Shown: positions 29,643 through 39,825, counted from the first letter of the stretch. The stretch is 64,000 bases of DNA from Phycisphaerales bacterium (GCA_020846975.1 JADLCX010000022.1:30104-94103); one strand, 5' to 3'. Program-made: numbers and translations. The notes: generated by a model not told the origin, from the sequence alone.

Positions 29643-30887
29643 TCAGAAGCTGAACAGCGCCGGGTCGATCGTCAAGATCTGGTTCTTCACGACGGCCTGG
29701 TTGGCGAGGATCGCCACGATCGTGGACTTGGCCCCCGTCGCCGCATCGCAGGCCACGGGTTTGTTCTCCGTGACACTCATCAGGAAGTCGGCGAGCGCGT
29801 AGTAGAGCGACTTGTTGGGCAGCCCCACGCCCTCTTTGAGATTGCCTTGCTCGGCAAGCTTGGTCGCGTCGGCGATGAGCGTGATGCCCTCGTCGTTGAA
29901 GAACTGCTGCCGGTTGGCGTAGACCTCCCAGCCCTGCGTCGGGGCATCGGCCTCCTTGAACATCCAGCCGTGTGTCCATGCGAGTTTGATCGCCGCGTTC
30001 GTGCCGCGGAGCACCTCGAACCGCCCGCCGTAGCTGTTTCCAACGCTTGCCGAGAATGCGAACCGGGCGTTGCTCTCGAAGCCGAAGTTGCAGTGGATGG
30101 AGTCGGCGACCTCGCGTCCGTCGTTCTGGGCCAGGACCGCGCCCGTGCCGAACACGCTGGTAGGGAGCTTGTTCAGGTACCAGTGCACGACGTCGAACTG
30201 CTGCGCCCCCAACTCGCCGGCCAGGCCGGTCGAAATCGCAGGATCCAGCCGCCAGTTTTCCGCCTTCTCGCGGGCCGCGTCGGAGCCGGGGGGCGCGGGG
30301 AAACGCCACGATTCCTTCTTGAAGCTCTGGGCTTCGGCGGAGACAAAGTCTCGCACCGCATCGGAGCGGAAAAACGTGCGGGCGAGTTTGTAGATGGGGT
30401 TCGAGCGACCCTCGAAGCCGCACGCGAAGACCTGCTTGCCCGCTCCCGCTGCCGCGGCGGCGATCGCCCGGCAATCCTCCACCGTGTGGGCCAGCGGAGC
30501 CTCGCAATACACGTGCTTGCCGGCGGCCAGGCAGTCCAGAGCGATCTGCTTGTGGAGGTGTGTGGGTGTCGCGATGACGACGGCGGACAGGTCCTTGAGC
30601 TTGTCCAGCATGGCCTTGTGGTCGGCGAAGGCCTCGCTGCCTGCGGCCCGTTTGGAGCCTGATTCGCGGCGGGAAGCGTCGGTGTCGCAGATCGCGGCGA
30701 CCTTGACCTGTTCGATCTTGGCCAGCTCGGCCAAGATGAGCCGGCCCTGGCGCCCCGCGCCGACCAGCCCCACAGAGACCGGAGCGGCTGTCCGGTAGGC
30801 GCCGAGCCCAAGGTTCGGAAGGATCGCGACAGCGCCGAGCGCGCCCGCGGACTGGAGAATGAACTCACGACGGTTGGGGTTCAGCAT
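29643..30887 (-). CDS. Tat-signal Gfo/Idh/MocA family oxidoreductase
   Basis: Twin-arginine N-terminus MLNPNRREFILQSAGALGAVAIL and Rossmann motif VGLVGAGRQGR ... VVIATPTHLH. Confidence 0.85.
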   Translation of the reverse strand: MLNPNRREFILQSAGALGAVAILPNLGLGAYRTAAPVSVGLVGAGRQGRLILAELAKIEQVKVAAICDTDASRRESGSKRAAGSEAFADHKAMLDKLKDLSAVVIATPTHLHKQIALDCLAAGKHVYCEAPLAHTVEDCRAIAAAAAGAGKQVFACGFEGRSNPIYKLARTFFRSDAVRDFVSAEAQSFKKESWRFPAPPGSDAAREKAENWRLDPAISTGLAGELGAQQFDVVHWYLNKLPTSVFGTGAVLAQNDGREVADSIHCNFGFESNARFAFSASVGNSYGGRFEVLRGTNAAIKLAWTHGWMFKEADAPTQGWEVYANRQQFFNDEGITLIADATKLAEQGNLKEGVGLPNKSLYYALADFLMSVTENKPVACDAATGAKSTIVAILANQAVVKNQILTIDPALFSF

Positions 30888-31797
30888 GGGGTATCAACGC
30901 GGTGTGTGTGCACCAGCCCGTGCCGGGCGCGTGCAGGAGACAGGTCAGTTCAGGGGGCATTGTTGCCGGCCGCGAGCCGAGAACAACCAGCGCGGTGGAC
31001 CAGGCGTCGCACAATGCCGCCGTCCCGAGCGGCCCGATGACCACGGCCGTGTCCGCGGCACGGGCGGGTCTGCCGGTTCGGGGGTCGAGGATGTGCGTGG
31101 CCTCGGTCTCGCTGGCCGTGGGCGGTCCGAATGGGTGATCGCAAGGGCTGGATGGCTTGGCGGCGAAGGTCGTTCGTCCCCGCGGCGCCGAAACCGACAT
31201 GGCCTGATTGCTCAACGTGATCAAGCGAGACTGGCCCTCGGATCGCACCGCGATTCTCCAGCCCTCGGCATTCTTGGGTGCGCCAAGAGCGACAACCGAA
31301 GAGGTTCCTCCGTGCAGCAGGGCGCATCCGACGCCATGCTCCAGCAGGATTTCGGCTGCGCGATCAAGCGCAAAGCCCTTGGCGACCGCCCCGAGGTCCA
31401 GCGACGCTCCCGGGGCCAGCGTCACACGCGTGAGTTCGGGATCCACGACCATTCGGCGGTCGGTCTCGGCCGATCCGGCGAGCCGTCCGTTCGATCGGGG
31501 GTGAAAACCGAGCCGCTCCATCAACGCGCCGAGGCAAGCGTCAAACGCCCCGCCCGACGATTGGTGGACCGACTCGCAAAGCGCCAGCAACCTGCAAAGT
31601 TCCGTGTCGACGCGCCCACCGCCACCGCGGTTGAGCCTGGCCACGTCGCTATCAGATCGAAACCTCGACAGACGCTCGTGCCAATGCTCAACTTCGCGGA
31701 GCGCCAGCTCGCCGACGGCGCGCAACATCGAGCTTTCCTCGCCGCCGAGGACAAGCTCAAAGCGAGTACCCATCGCATGCGTCGCGAGCGGAAACAT
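30865..31797 (-). CDS. apbE: FAD:protein FMN transferase (ApbE family), no signal peptide
   Basis: It starts MFPLATHAMGTRFELVL (ApbE core begins at residue ~9), with DLGAVAKGFALDRAAEIL and HGGTSSVVALG. The 3' end overlaps the next gene by 23 nt. Confidence 0.8.
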   Translation of the reverse strand: MFPLATHAMGTRFELVLGGEESSMLRAVGELALREVEHWHERLSRFRSDSDVARLNRGGGGRVDTELCRLLALCESVHQSSGGAFDACLGALMERLGFHPRSNGRLAGSAETDRRMVVDPELTRVTLAPGASLDLGAVAKGFALDRAAEILLEHGVGCALLHGGTSSVVALGAPKNAEGWRIAVRSEGQSRLITLSNQAMSVSAPRGRTTFAAKPSSPCDHPFGPPTASETEATHILDPRTGRPARAADTAVVIGPLGTAALCDAWSTALVVLGSRPATMPPELTCLLHAPGTGWCTHTALIPHAEPQPS

Positions 31798-31827
31798 GGC
31801 GGGCCTGTCCGGCGTGGAAGGCGGTCC

Positions 31828-33195
31828 TCAGGCCTTGCTCGCCGTCATGGTCTTGGGGTCGAACGTGAACGCGCCACCTTCCCACATCGAGCGTGTCGCA
31901 AGATCGACGATCACCATGACCTTGAGACCGAGTTCGACGCTGCTGGGCGGAAGTTCGCGAGAGCGGATGCTCTTGAGCCAGCCGACGCGGTGGGCGTCCT
32001 GATCGTCACCGATATCCGCGCACTCGACCTTCTGCGGGTCGAGCTCTTCGGCGAAGGTGCGCTCGGGGCGCATCTCGCAGTGACGACCGCCGAGGTAGAT
32101 GTTCCCCTTGTGGCCGCGGATCATGGTTTCCAGGCCCGCCTCGTTGCAGGTCGAGCCCGCGACGATCATCTGGTGCCCGGTCTCAAACTGAACCGCGATG
32201 TGCACGTTGTCGTGGTTCTCCATGTCCTTGTCGACAAGGTGGCCGCCGGTCGCAACCACCCGCACAGGCCAGCCCTGGTTGATCGCCATGAGCATCGGCG
32301 TCATTTCGTGAACGAGCAAGTCGCCGATGATTCCCGTCGACGTCTTGCGGTACCGCCGCCATTGCGAGAACAGTTTGGGATCCCACGGCATCGAGCCCAG
32401 CGGCCCGCACCACGTGTTCCAATCGATGTCGTCGCCCTGCTTCCAGTTCTTGTCGAACCCGTAGTGCCATTCCCCGTTCTTGCTGTTGCGGCAGTAACTG
32501 GTCTGGCTGAATGTCGGCGTCCCGATAACCCCCTGCTCGATCATCTTCCTGGCCGCGGCGTACTTCGGCAGTCGCGTCTTCTGGGTGCCGACCTGAACAA
32601 TCACCTCGGGGTTCGCAGACGCGGCTCCGTACAGCGCCAGCGCCATCTCGAGGTTCAGCGTCATCGGCTTCTCGAGGTACACATCCTTGCCGGCCATGAT
32701 GGCCTCGATCCCGTTGGTCGAGTGGCAGTGCTCCGGTGTCGCGATGACGACGCCGTGGATGTCGTCGCGTTTGAGCAGGTCTTCCGACTTGCGGTAGGTA
32801 TCGACCTTGACGCCGTCCTGCGCCTTCTCAATCTTCGACTTGCCCTGCTCCAGGTACTTGCTGTTCAGGTCGCAAACGGCGACGACCTGAACCTTCTCCC
32901 GCCCCTTCTTGTGCAGATCGACGAGCGACAGGCAGTGGCCGAGTCCCATGGCGCACGCACCGGGCGAGCCGCCGATACCGATCACGCCGATCCGAAGCGT
33001 CTCTCCTTCTTTCAGCGCGGGGCGTGCCTTGGCCTTGCCCGCGGGCTGTGCGGGCCGTGCAGCGACCGCCGCGCGGCTGCCGGAGGCGATCCCCGCCACA
33101 AACGCCGTCGCCGCCGCGGCGCCCGCGGTCGCTGCGAGAAACTTGCGACGGGACTCGGAGAAAGGCGACGGGAAGGGATGATTGTGGGTGCTCAC
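31828..33195 (-). CDS. Tat-signal Gfo/Idh/MocA family oxidoreductase
   Basis: GTG start at 33193-33195. SESRRKFLAATAGAAAATAFV twin-arginine signal. IGVIGIGGSPG ... VVIATPEHCH. The longer ORF upstream is antisense to the next gene. Confidence 0.85.
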   Translation of the reverse strand: MSTHNHPFPSPFSESRRKFLAATAGAAAATAFVAGIASGSRAAVAARPAQPAGKAKARPALKEGETLRIGVIGIGGSPGACAMGLGHCLSLVDLHKKGREKVQVVAVCDLNSKYLEQGKSKIEKAQDGVKVDTYRKSEDLLKRDDIHGVVIATPEHCHSTNGIEAIMAGKDVYLEKPMTLNLEMALALYGAASANPEVIVQVGTQKTRLPKYAAARKMIEQGVIGTPTFSQTSYCRNSKNGEWHYGFDKNWKQGDDIDWNTWCGPLGSMPWDPKLFSQWRRYRKTSTGIIGDLLVHEMTPMLMAINQGWPVRVVATGGHLVDKDMENHDNVHIAVQFETGHQMIVAGSTCNEAGLETMIRGHKGNIYLGGRHCEMRPERTFAEELDPQKVECADIGDDQDAHRVGWLKSIRSRELPPSSVELGLKVMVIVDLATRSMWEGGAFTFDPKTMTASKA

Positions 33196-33315
33196 GTGGC
33201 TTCTCCGGGTGGGGTGTGCGTGCGGGTACGTCTGGCCTGTACCCACATCATACCACGAGTTAGAGCCGCGTCCGACAGTCTTTCCGTAACCGGCCTGATC
33301 GGATAGAGTGTCGCC

Positions 33316-34344
33316 ATGGCGACGCCCCAGGATCACCACCACACCCGCCCCGTCTCGCTCTTCACCGGCCAGTGGGCCGATCTCTCGCTCGACAGGCTCG
33401 CGGCCATGGCCGGTGAGAAGGGCTGGGGCTACGACGGGTTGGAACTGGCATGCTGGGGCAACCATTTCGAGGTGCAGCGTGCGTTGGCCGAGCCCGGGTA
33501 CGTGAAGTCTCGCAACGACCTGCTCGCCCGTCATGGGATGAAGGTCTGGGCCGTCAGCAACCACCTCGTGGGCCAGGCGGTGTGCGACCCTATCGACATC
33601 CGGCACAAGTCGATCCTGCCCGAAAGAGTGTGGGGTGACGGCGATCCGGAAGGTGTGCGTCGGCGTGCCGCACAGGAGATGATGTCCACCGCCCGTGCCG
33701 CTGCCAAACTGGGCGTGAACGTCGTCAACGGCTTCACCGGTTCGAGCATCTGGCACAAGCTCTACTTTTTCCCGCCAACTTCTCAAGCCGAGGTCGATGC
33801 CGGCTTCCGGGACTTTGCCGATCGTTGGAACCCCATCCTCGATGTTTTCGACGAGGCCGGTGTCAGGTTCGCGCTCGAAGTCCATCCTACCGAGATCGCC
33901 TACGACATTCATACCGCGAGGCGGGCACTCGAAGGTCTCAACTACCGCAAGTCTTTCGGCTTCAACTTCGATCCCTCGCACCTCGTCTGGCAGGGGATCG
34001 ACCCGGTCAGGTTCATCGACGCGTTCCCCGACCGGATTTACCACTGTCACATCAAGGATGCGATCCGAACGCTCGACGGCGCGAACAGCGTTCTCGGCTC
34101 ACACCTTTCGTTCGGCGATGCTCGTCGCGGCTGGGATTTCCGATCGCCGGGGCGAGGCGAGATCGATTTTGAGGAGATCATCCGTGCCCTGAACCGGTGC
34201 GGCTATCAAGGCCCTCTGAGCGTCGAGTGGGAGGACTCCGGCATGGCCCGCGAGCACGGCGCCGAGGAGGCCTGTCAGTTTGTGCGCGGCGTGGATTTTC
34301 CCGCCAACGCGCGGGCCTTTGACGCGGCGTTCGAGAAGAAGTGA
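33316..34344 (+). CDS. Sugar phosphate isomerase/epimerase (xylose isomerase-like TIM barrel)
   Basis: Fold-typical FALEVHPTE ... [11 protein letters not shown] ... HCHIKD ... LSVEWED metal-ligand pattern. Confidence 0.8.
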   Translation: MATPQDHHHTRPVSLFTGQWADLSLDRLAAMAGEKGWGYDGLELACWGNHFEVQRALAEPGYVKSRNDLLARHGMKVWAVSNHLVGQAVCDPIDIRHKSILPERVWGDGDPEGVRRRAAQEMMSTARAAAKLGVNVVNGFTGSSIWHKLYFFPPTSQAEVDAGFRDFADRWNPILDVFDEAGVRFALEVHPTEIAYDIHTARRALEGLNYRKSFGFNFDPSHLVWQGIDPVRFIDAFPDRIYHCHIKDAIRTLDGANSVLGSHLSFGDARRGWDFRSPGRGEIDFEEIIRALNRCGYQGPLSVEWEDSGMAREHGAEEACQFVRGVDFPANARAFDAAFEKK

Positions 34345-34389
34345 TCCTGGGTCCGCGTCCCTGCATCGCCCGACACTACACTGCCCACC

Positions 34390-35439
34390 ATGCCCCGCGA
34401 ACCCGCACGCACTCGCAAGACCGCCCGCCAAACCGTTCTTCCCGATGCACGCCGGAAGCCCCGCTTCGCGATCGGATCGGTGTGCACGTTCGCGCGAGTT
34501 CCACGCATCGAGGAGCTCTCGCCCGAGAACGCCCCGCCCGATTGGGCGATCTACGGCGTTCCGTTCGACGGCGGAGTCACCTACCGCCCCGGCGCCCGCT
34601 TCGGCCCTCGCGCCATCCGCGAGGAATCGCAGTACATCAAGCGATACTCCATCGAACACGATGTTGACGTGTGCCAGGCGCTCAGCATCGCCGATGCCGG
34701 CGATGCGGCCGTCTCGCCGTTCTCCTGTGAGCGCAGCGTCGGGGCGCAGCTCGACTTCGCGCGTCGCATCGGCGACCCCGACGTGACTCGCCTGCTCGCG
34801 CTCGGCGGTGACCATTCCATCGCCTACGCCAACATCAGGGTAACCTGGGAGCGGACGGGCAAGCCCCGATCGGGTCTCCCGCTCGTGCATTTCGACAGCC
34901 ACCTCGACACTGTGGACACCGTCTGGGACGAGAAGTGGTCGCACGCTTCGGTGTTCAGGCGAGCCATCGAGGAGGGCTACGTCGATCCCTCGCGGATGAT
35001 CTCGATCGGTATCAAGGGACCGCTGAACACCCGCGACGATCTCGTCTTCGCTCGCGATGCGGGGATTACCGTTGTCACCCACGAGCGATTCCGGCTCGAG
35101 GGTCAGCGGTTGGTCAGGTCCTTTCTCCGCCGAATCGGCAGCCGATCGGCCTACCTGTCCTTCGACATCGACTGCATCGATCCCGCGTTCGCGCCAGGCA
35201 CGGGCACACCCGTCTGCGGCGGCTTTTCCAGCGCGGAGGCCATCGCGATCGTCCGCTCCCTTCGCGGCCTGAACGTCGTCGGCGCGGATGTCGTCGAGAT
35301 GCTCCCTGACCGCGATGTTTCGGGGATCACCGCGTTGCTGGCCTCGCACATCGCGATGGAGGTGCTTGCGCTCGCCGCGGTCAGGGCATCGGTGTCCACT
35401 TCCGCTCGGCCGCGGAACTCTCGACGCATTTCTCGATGA
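34390..35439 (+). CDS. Agmatinase/arginase-family ureohydrolase
   Basis: [34 protein letters not shown] and GADVVE motifs. The 3' end overlaps the convergent gene by 59 nt. Confidence 0.85.
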   Translation: MPREPARTRKTARQTVLPDARRKPRFAIGSVCTFARVPRIEELSPENAPPDWAIYGVPFDGGVTYRPGARFGPRAIREESQYIKRYSIEHDVDVCQALSIADAGDAAVSPFSCERSVGAQLDFARRIGDPDVTRLLALGGDHSIAYANIRVTWERTGKPRSGLPLVHFDSHLDTVDTVWDEKWSHASVFRRAIEEGYVDPSRMISIGIKGPLNTRDDLVFARDAGITVVTHERFRLEGQRLVRSFLRRIGSRSAYLSFDIDCIDPAFAPGTGTPVCGGFSSAEAIAIVRSLRGLNVVGADVVEMLPDRDVSGITALLASHIAMEVLALAAVRASVSTSARPRNSRRISR

Positions 35440-36547
35440 ATCGAACCCCGCGGGCGCCGGCCGCGACATCCGGGAAGTCGAAAAGCGCTCCCGCCGACAG
35501 GCCGCCGGACCCGGCACGCATGGCCGCGGACGCGGCGTTGTACGTGTTCGCGAACGCTTCCAAGAACGCCTCGGGATGGCCCGGCGGAATCCTCGTGTTC
35601 CTGATCGCGGCCTGTCCCAGGTAAGCATTTCCGCGCCGATACACCTGCTCGGGCCTTCCGTCGGGACGCACGATCAGGTGGTTGGGTTCCTCCTGCCGCC
35701 ACTCCAGGCTTGCCTTGGTGCCGTGCACGCGGATGCGAAGGTCGTTCTCGTGGCCGATCTCGACCTGTGACGCGGTAAGAATGCCCTTGGCGGATACGCC
35801 GGCGCGTGGTCTGAATCGGAGGAGCACGTTGGCATCGTCGTCGAGGCGGCGACCGGGAACGAAGGTGGTGAGGTCGGCGCAGAGCGACTCGATCTCGAGG
35901 CCGGTGATGTAGCCGGCGAGTTGCTCGGCATGGCTGCCGATGTCGCCGATCGCGCCGCCCGCGCCGCTCCTCGCGGGATCGGTGCGCCAGTCGGCCTGCT
36001 TCTGGCCGGTCTGTTCAAGCCTGCCGGCGAGCCAGCCCTGGTTGTATTCGACGACCAGCTTGCGGATCTCGCCGAGTTCACCCTTGCCCACGAGTTCGCG
36101 GGCCTGCTTGACCATCGGGTAGCCGCTGTAGTTGTAGGTAACGCAGAAGACCGTTCGGGCCGATTCAACCGCGCGAACCAGGGCATCCGCCTGCGCTGAT
36201 GTATGCACGAGGGGCTTGTCACAGACGACGTGGAACCCGGTCCGGACAAATGCCTCGGCGACCTCAAAGTGCACATGGTTCGGCGTGACGATGCTCACGA
36301 AGTCGATCCGCTCACCGGGCGGGCGTTTCGACTCACCATCGAGCATCGCCCGCCACGATGGGTAGTTGCGCTGGTCGTCGAGCCCCAACGCTCGGCCCGA
36401 TTCGAGGGCTTTCTCGGGTGTGCCCGAGAGCGCGCCCGCCACGAATCGGACACCGCCATCCATGCACGCCGCGGTGCGATGGACAGCGCCGATGAAGGCG
36501 CCGGTTCCGCCTCCAACCATTCCCATCTTGAGCACGCGATCGGGCAT
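35381..36547 (-). CDS. Cytoplasmic Gfo/Idh/MocA family oxidoreductase
   Basis: [20 protein letters not shown] ... [14 protein letters not shown] ... VVCDKPL. ATG at 36545-36547. Confidence 0.85.
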   Translation of the reverse strand: MPDRVLKMGMVGGGTGAFIGAVHRTAACMDGGVRFVAGALSGTPEKALESGRALGLDDQRNYPSWRAMLDGESKRPPGERIDFVSIVTPNHVHFEVAEAFVRTGFHVVCDKPLVHTSAQADALVRAVESARTVFCVTYNYSGYPMVKQARELVGKGELGEIRKLVVEYNQGWLAGRLEQTGQKQADWRTDPARSGAGGAIGDIGSHAEQLAGYITGLEIESLCADLTTFVPGRRLDDDANVLLRFRPRAGVSAKGILTASQVEIGHENDLRIRVHGTKASLEWRQEEPNHLIVRPDGRPEQVYRRGNAYLGQAAIRNTRIPPGHPEAFLEAFANTYNAASAAMRAGSGGLSAGALFDFPDVAAGARGVRFIEKCVESSAAERKWTPMP

Positions 36548-36575
36548 CTTCCACGCTCCTTGACCCGAGTCGGCT

Positions 36576-37721
36576 TCAGGCCGGCTTCGGCCACGATCCC
36601 AACCGTTCCGGGCGGCTCGCACGAGCCCGCAGAAGGTAGCCTTCAAGCCACCCGCGAGCCCGGCCAGGCTGGGTGTGCGCGAACAAGATCGACTCGTGGT
36701 CAAGACTGTTGATGCGGTCGTTCGCGGCGCGGAGAGCATCGAACGAGTTGCGGAGAGCGATCTCGATCGGCGTGCGCTCCGGGTTGATGTCGATCCCGAA
36801 CCACCCCTTGTAACCGTGCATCTTGAGGGTGTAGAGAATCGCCTCGGCGTGCTCGGGCGAAACCACACCGACTCCGAGGTCCTGGTCGTAGTTGCCCAGC
36901 GGCTGGCTGTTCCAGTGGGTGTGCGCGAGCCGGCCTTCGCTCAACGGCCAACTGAACGCGTACGCGGGGTCCTCGTAGCCCATCAGCACATGGCCGACCT
37001 CGGGATTCATGCAGCACAGCCTGTGCCCTTCCCCGAGCAGTCGTGAGTTTTCGGGCGTGCGCAGCACGCCCTCGACATCACGCCCCAGGAGCACGCCCTC
37101 GGGCGTCGTCCCGTAGAGAATCCGGCCCCGTGGTTCGTAGGGCTTGGGCTCGAACGCGATCCGCACGCCCGGCACGGCGTCCATCGCCTCGGCCAGCCCC
37201 TCGGCGAACCTCCGCCTCGCCCCGGCGAAATCCATGCCGAAGCCGTTCTCGTACCCATCGATGCCGGGCCAAACGACCGCGAAATCCGTGTCGAACTCGC
37301 GGTTCAGCCGCAATGCTCGCTTTGTTCGCTCGATCGCCTCGCCGCGGATACGGCTGTCCGGGTTCGAGAGCGAGCCAAACTCGAACGCGGCATCCCAGAA
37401 TAGCAAGGGGATGATCGTGAGCAGCCGAACTCCCGACGCTTGCGTGAAGCTCCGCCAGAGGGCGGCGTTCTCCTCGTTGATCTCGTTGGGGTAATGGGCT
37501 TCCATGGCGCCGAGTCCGTGCTTGGCCAGCCCTGCCGCGATGTCCAGCCGCTGCTCGATTGTCAGGTCGTTTCCGTACTTCGCGTGAAAGCGGCTCGCCG
37601 ATGGTGAGAAGTACCAGATCCCCGCGCTGAACTTGAGCGAGAGCTCGAACGTTCGCATGTGTGAGAGCGTCTGCTCGGGGGTCCGGCGCTCAGCCTGCTC
37701 TCGGAGGTCGATCATGGGCAT
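36576..37721 (-). CDS. xylA: Xylose isomerase-family enzyme (class I-like)
   Basis: [22 protein letters not shown] and NYDQDLGVG match the conserved class I XylA blocks FAIEPKPNEPRG / NPEVGHEQMAG / YDQDLRFG. It lies 6 nt downstream of the xylulokinase gene. Confidence 0.6.
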   Translation of the reverse strand: MPMIDLREQAERRTPEQTLSHMRTFELSLKFSAGIWYFSPSASRFHAKYGNDLTIEQRLDIAAGLAKHGLGAMEAHYPNEINEENAALWRSFTQASGVRLLTIIPLLFWDAAFEFGSLSNPDSRIRGEAIERTKRALRLNREFDTDFAVVWPGIDGYENGFGMDFAGARRRFAEGLAEAMDAVPGVRIAFEPKPYEPRGRILYGTTPEGVLLGRDVEGVLRTPENSRLLGEGHRLCCMNPEVGHVLMGYEDPAYAFSWPLSEGRLAHTHWNSQPLGNYDQDLGVGVVSPEHAEAILYTLKMHGYKGWFGIDINPERTPIEIALRNSFDALRAANDRINSLDHESILFAHTQPGRARGWLEGYLLRARASRPERLGSWPKPA

Positions 37722-37727
37722 GGGGGT

Positions 37728-39314
37728 TTATCTCCCGGCGGCGGCGCTCGACAACTCGACGAATCGGGGTCTGAGGTCATGGTAGAGCGCGGCGTGCACG
37801 CGACGATACTCCGCGTAACGAGACCGAGCGCCGCGAGACGGGGCGAGTTGCCGCTGGAGTCTGACGGACTTGCGGCAGGCTTCCGCGACCGATGCCCACA
37901 CGCCGATCCCCACGCCCGCGAGCACGGCCGCTCCGAAGGCCGTGCCGCCCCGGTCGGTGCTGGTCGTGCCGACCGGACAGCCATAGATGTCCGCCTGGAG
38001 CTGCCGCCAGAAGGCCGACTGGTTGCCACCCCCGCTGAGATGTACGCGTGAAACCTCAACGCCCGCACCTCGCACCATGTCCAGCATGTGGCCCATCGTG
38101 AACGTCACGCCCTCGACGACGGCCCGAACAAGGTGCGCCCGTGTGTGTCGCGCCGTCAGTCCTATCCACCCGCCGCGTGCGAGCGGGTCGGGATATGGGC
38201 ATCGCTCCCCGCTCAACTGCGGCATGAACAGCAGGCCGTCGCACCCGGGCGGCGCGCTCGCCGCCTCTCTCAGGAGCGTCGAGTAGGGCACGTCGGGCGC
38301 GATCGTGTCGCGGCACCACGCCAGCGACCCGGCCGCGCTGAGCATGACTCCGGTGATGGTCCAGCCTGTGGGCGACGCCCTGGATCCTGTGGCGGCACAC
38401 ATGGCGTGCAGACGGCCGGGGAGGGCGGGCGGCTTTGGCAGGTCCAGCCGCGGCCGGCGACTGTGCGCCAGGATTACCCCGCTTGTTCCGAGCATCGCCA
38501 TCGCGATCCCCGGCTCGACCACGCCCGCGCCGACCGCGCCGCATTGGTTGTCGCCGCTGCCCGAGACCACGGGCGTATTGACCGGCAAGCCCGTCAAGCG
38601 GGCCGCCCACGCCGACACGTGCCCGGTGATCTCGGTGGACTCATGCGCCGGCGGAAACATCGCCGGATCGATTCCCACGCGGGAGGGAATCTGGGATGAC
38701 CACCGCCGATTGACGACATCGAACAGCAATGTTCCGGACGCATCGCCGACATCCGTGGCGAGCGCGCCGGTCAAACGCAACCGAACGAAGTCCTTGGGCA
38801 GCATGATGTGCCGCGCCCGCTTCCACACCCTCGGTTCGTGCTCACGCACCCAGAGCAGCTTGGGGAGCACAAAGCCCGCCAGAGCCGCGTTGCCCGCGAG
38901 CCGGACGATCCCGGCGCGGCCGCCAAAGGTCCGCTCGATCATTTCACATTGCGATCCCGATCGCTGGTCGTTCCACATGATCGTCGGTCGAAGCTCGCGA
39001 GCCTTGCCACTGCGATCCGCGGCGTCCTCGCCCAGAATCACCGCGCCGTGCAACTGACCGCTGAGCCCGACGGCCGCGATCCGATCCGCGCGCACGCGCG
39101 GACCGGCTCCCAGCACCGCTCGGATCGCGCGGCAGGAACTTCGCCACCAATCCTCCGAGTCCTGCTCACTCCAACCGGGGTGTGGGCGCGATGGCTCGTG
39201 CGCCGAAAAGGCCGAGGCGATGACTCGGCCGCGCATGTCGCAGACAACGGCCTTGACCGCGGAAGTTCCGACGTCGATTCCGAGCAGGAGGGGCACATAC
39301 CCAGCATACCGCAT
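37728..39314 (-). CDS. xylB: Xylulokinase (FGGY carbohydrate kinase family)
   Basis: LLLGIDVGTSAVKAVV ... PHPGWSEQDSEDWW ... GGGNQSAFWRQLQADI. The start at ATG 39312-39314 is approximate. Confidence 0.75.
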   Translation of the reverse strand: MRYAGYVPLLLGIDVGTSAVKAVVCDMRGRVIASAFSAHEPSRPHPGWSEQDSEDWWRSSCRAIRAVLGAGPRVRADRIAAVGLSGQLHGAVILGEDAADRSGKARELRPTIMWNDQRSGSQCEMIERTFGGRAGIVRLAGNAALAGFVLPKLLWVREHEPRVWKRARHIMLPKDFVRLRLTGALATDVGDASGTLLFDVVNRRWSSQIPSRVGIDPAMFPPAHESTEITGHVSAWAARLTGLPVNTPVVSGSGDNQCGAVGAGVVEPGIAMAMLGTSGVILAHSRRPRLDLPKPPALPGRLHAMCAATGSRASPTGWTITGVMLSAAGSLAWCRDTIAPDVPYSTLLREAASAPPGCDGLLFMPQLSGERCPYPDPLARGGWIGLTARHTRAHLVRAVVEGVTFTMGHMLDMVRGAGVEVSRVHLSGGGNQSAFWRQLQADIYGCPVGTTSTDRGGTAFGAAVLAGVGIGVWASVAEACRKSVRLQRQLAPSRGARSRYAEYRRVHAALYHDLRPRFVELSSAAAGR

Positions 39315-39373
39315 CTGACGCGGGCGCGGCGAGTTCGCACATGGGTTTGCGGTCGTGCGTCGGGTAGGTCCGG

Positions 39374-39697
39374 CTACGCGGCGAGAGCGAACCCGCGGCT
39401 CGAGACGACGGTTGCCTGTTGCGGCACGTGCAACTGGCTCACCCACCCGCCGTATCCATTGGCACGAACGCCGCTGGCGGCATAGTCGGCCATCCATGTC
39501 GCGCCGTCGATCAGGTAACTGAACAGATGATCGTCGGGCGGGAGCTCAACCCGCGCCGTCCACCAGCCTGTCGGCTCACGGAGCATCCGGATCGGTTCGG
39601 CTCGCCAGTCGGTGAACGTGCCGACCAACTCAACCGTGCGGGCCTCGGGGAGGTACACGCGGAACAGGTGTTTGCTTCCTTCTTCGTGAATAACCAT
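39374..39697 (-). CDS. Stand-alone CBM48 / E-set (glycogen-binding-like) domain protein
   Basis: FRVYLPEARTVELVGTFTDWRAEPIRMLREPTGWWTARVELPPDDHLFSYLIDGATWMAD follows the AMPK-beta/isoamylase N-domain pattern. Alternative start at 39745. Confidence 0.6.
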   Translation of the reverse strand: MVIHEEGSKHLFRVYLPEARTVELVGTFTDWRAEPIRMLREPTGWWTARVELPPDDHLFSYLIDGATWMADYAASGVRANGYGGWVSQLHVPQQATVVSSRGFALAA

Positions 39698-39825
39698 GGG
39701 CCGGGCTCCGACAACCTGCGTTTCGACTGTTCGGACGGGCAACAATCCGCCCGGTGGGATGGAACTGCTTATCGGGCGACTACGGACCCGACTTTGGTCG
39801 GTACGCGTGTAGAACGGAGATTCTG

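Noticed and set aside
30865-30887. The 23-nt overlap between the ApbE gene and the downstream oxidoreductase gene as a programmed frameshift or fusion.
   Set aside because: Both ORFs have their own stop and start signals, and the downstream protein begins with a complete Tat signal. This is an ordinary overlapping gene pair.
31828-34050. The 740-aa version of the Tat-oxidoreductase ORF. Likewise the long N-terminal versions of 8466-12224, 12632-14557, 35381-36868, 44835-45956, 52020-53051, 22263-23204 and 5364-6371.
   Set aside because: The upstream extensions are Arg/Pro-rich, lack homology-like features and overlap real genes on the other strand or in divergent regions. Conserved N-terminal motifs or signal peptides begin at internal in-frame start codons, and frame arithmetic was checked for each.
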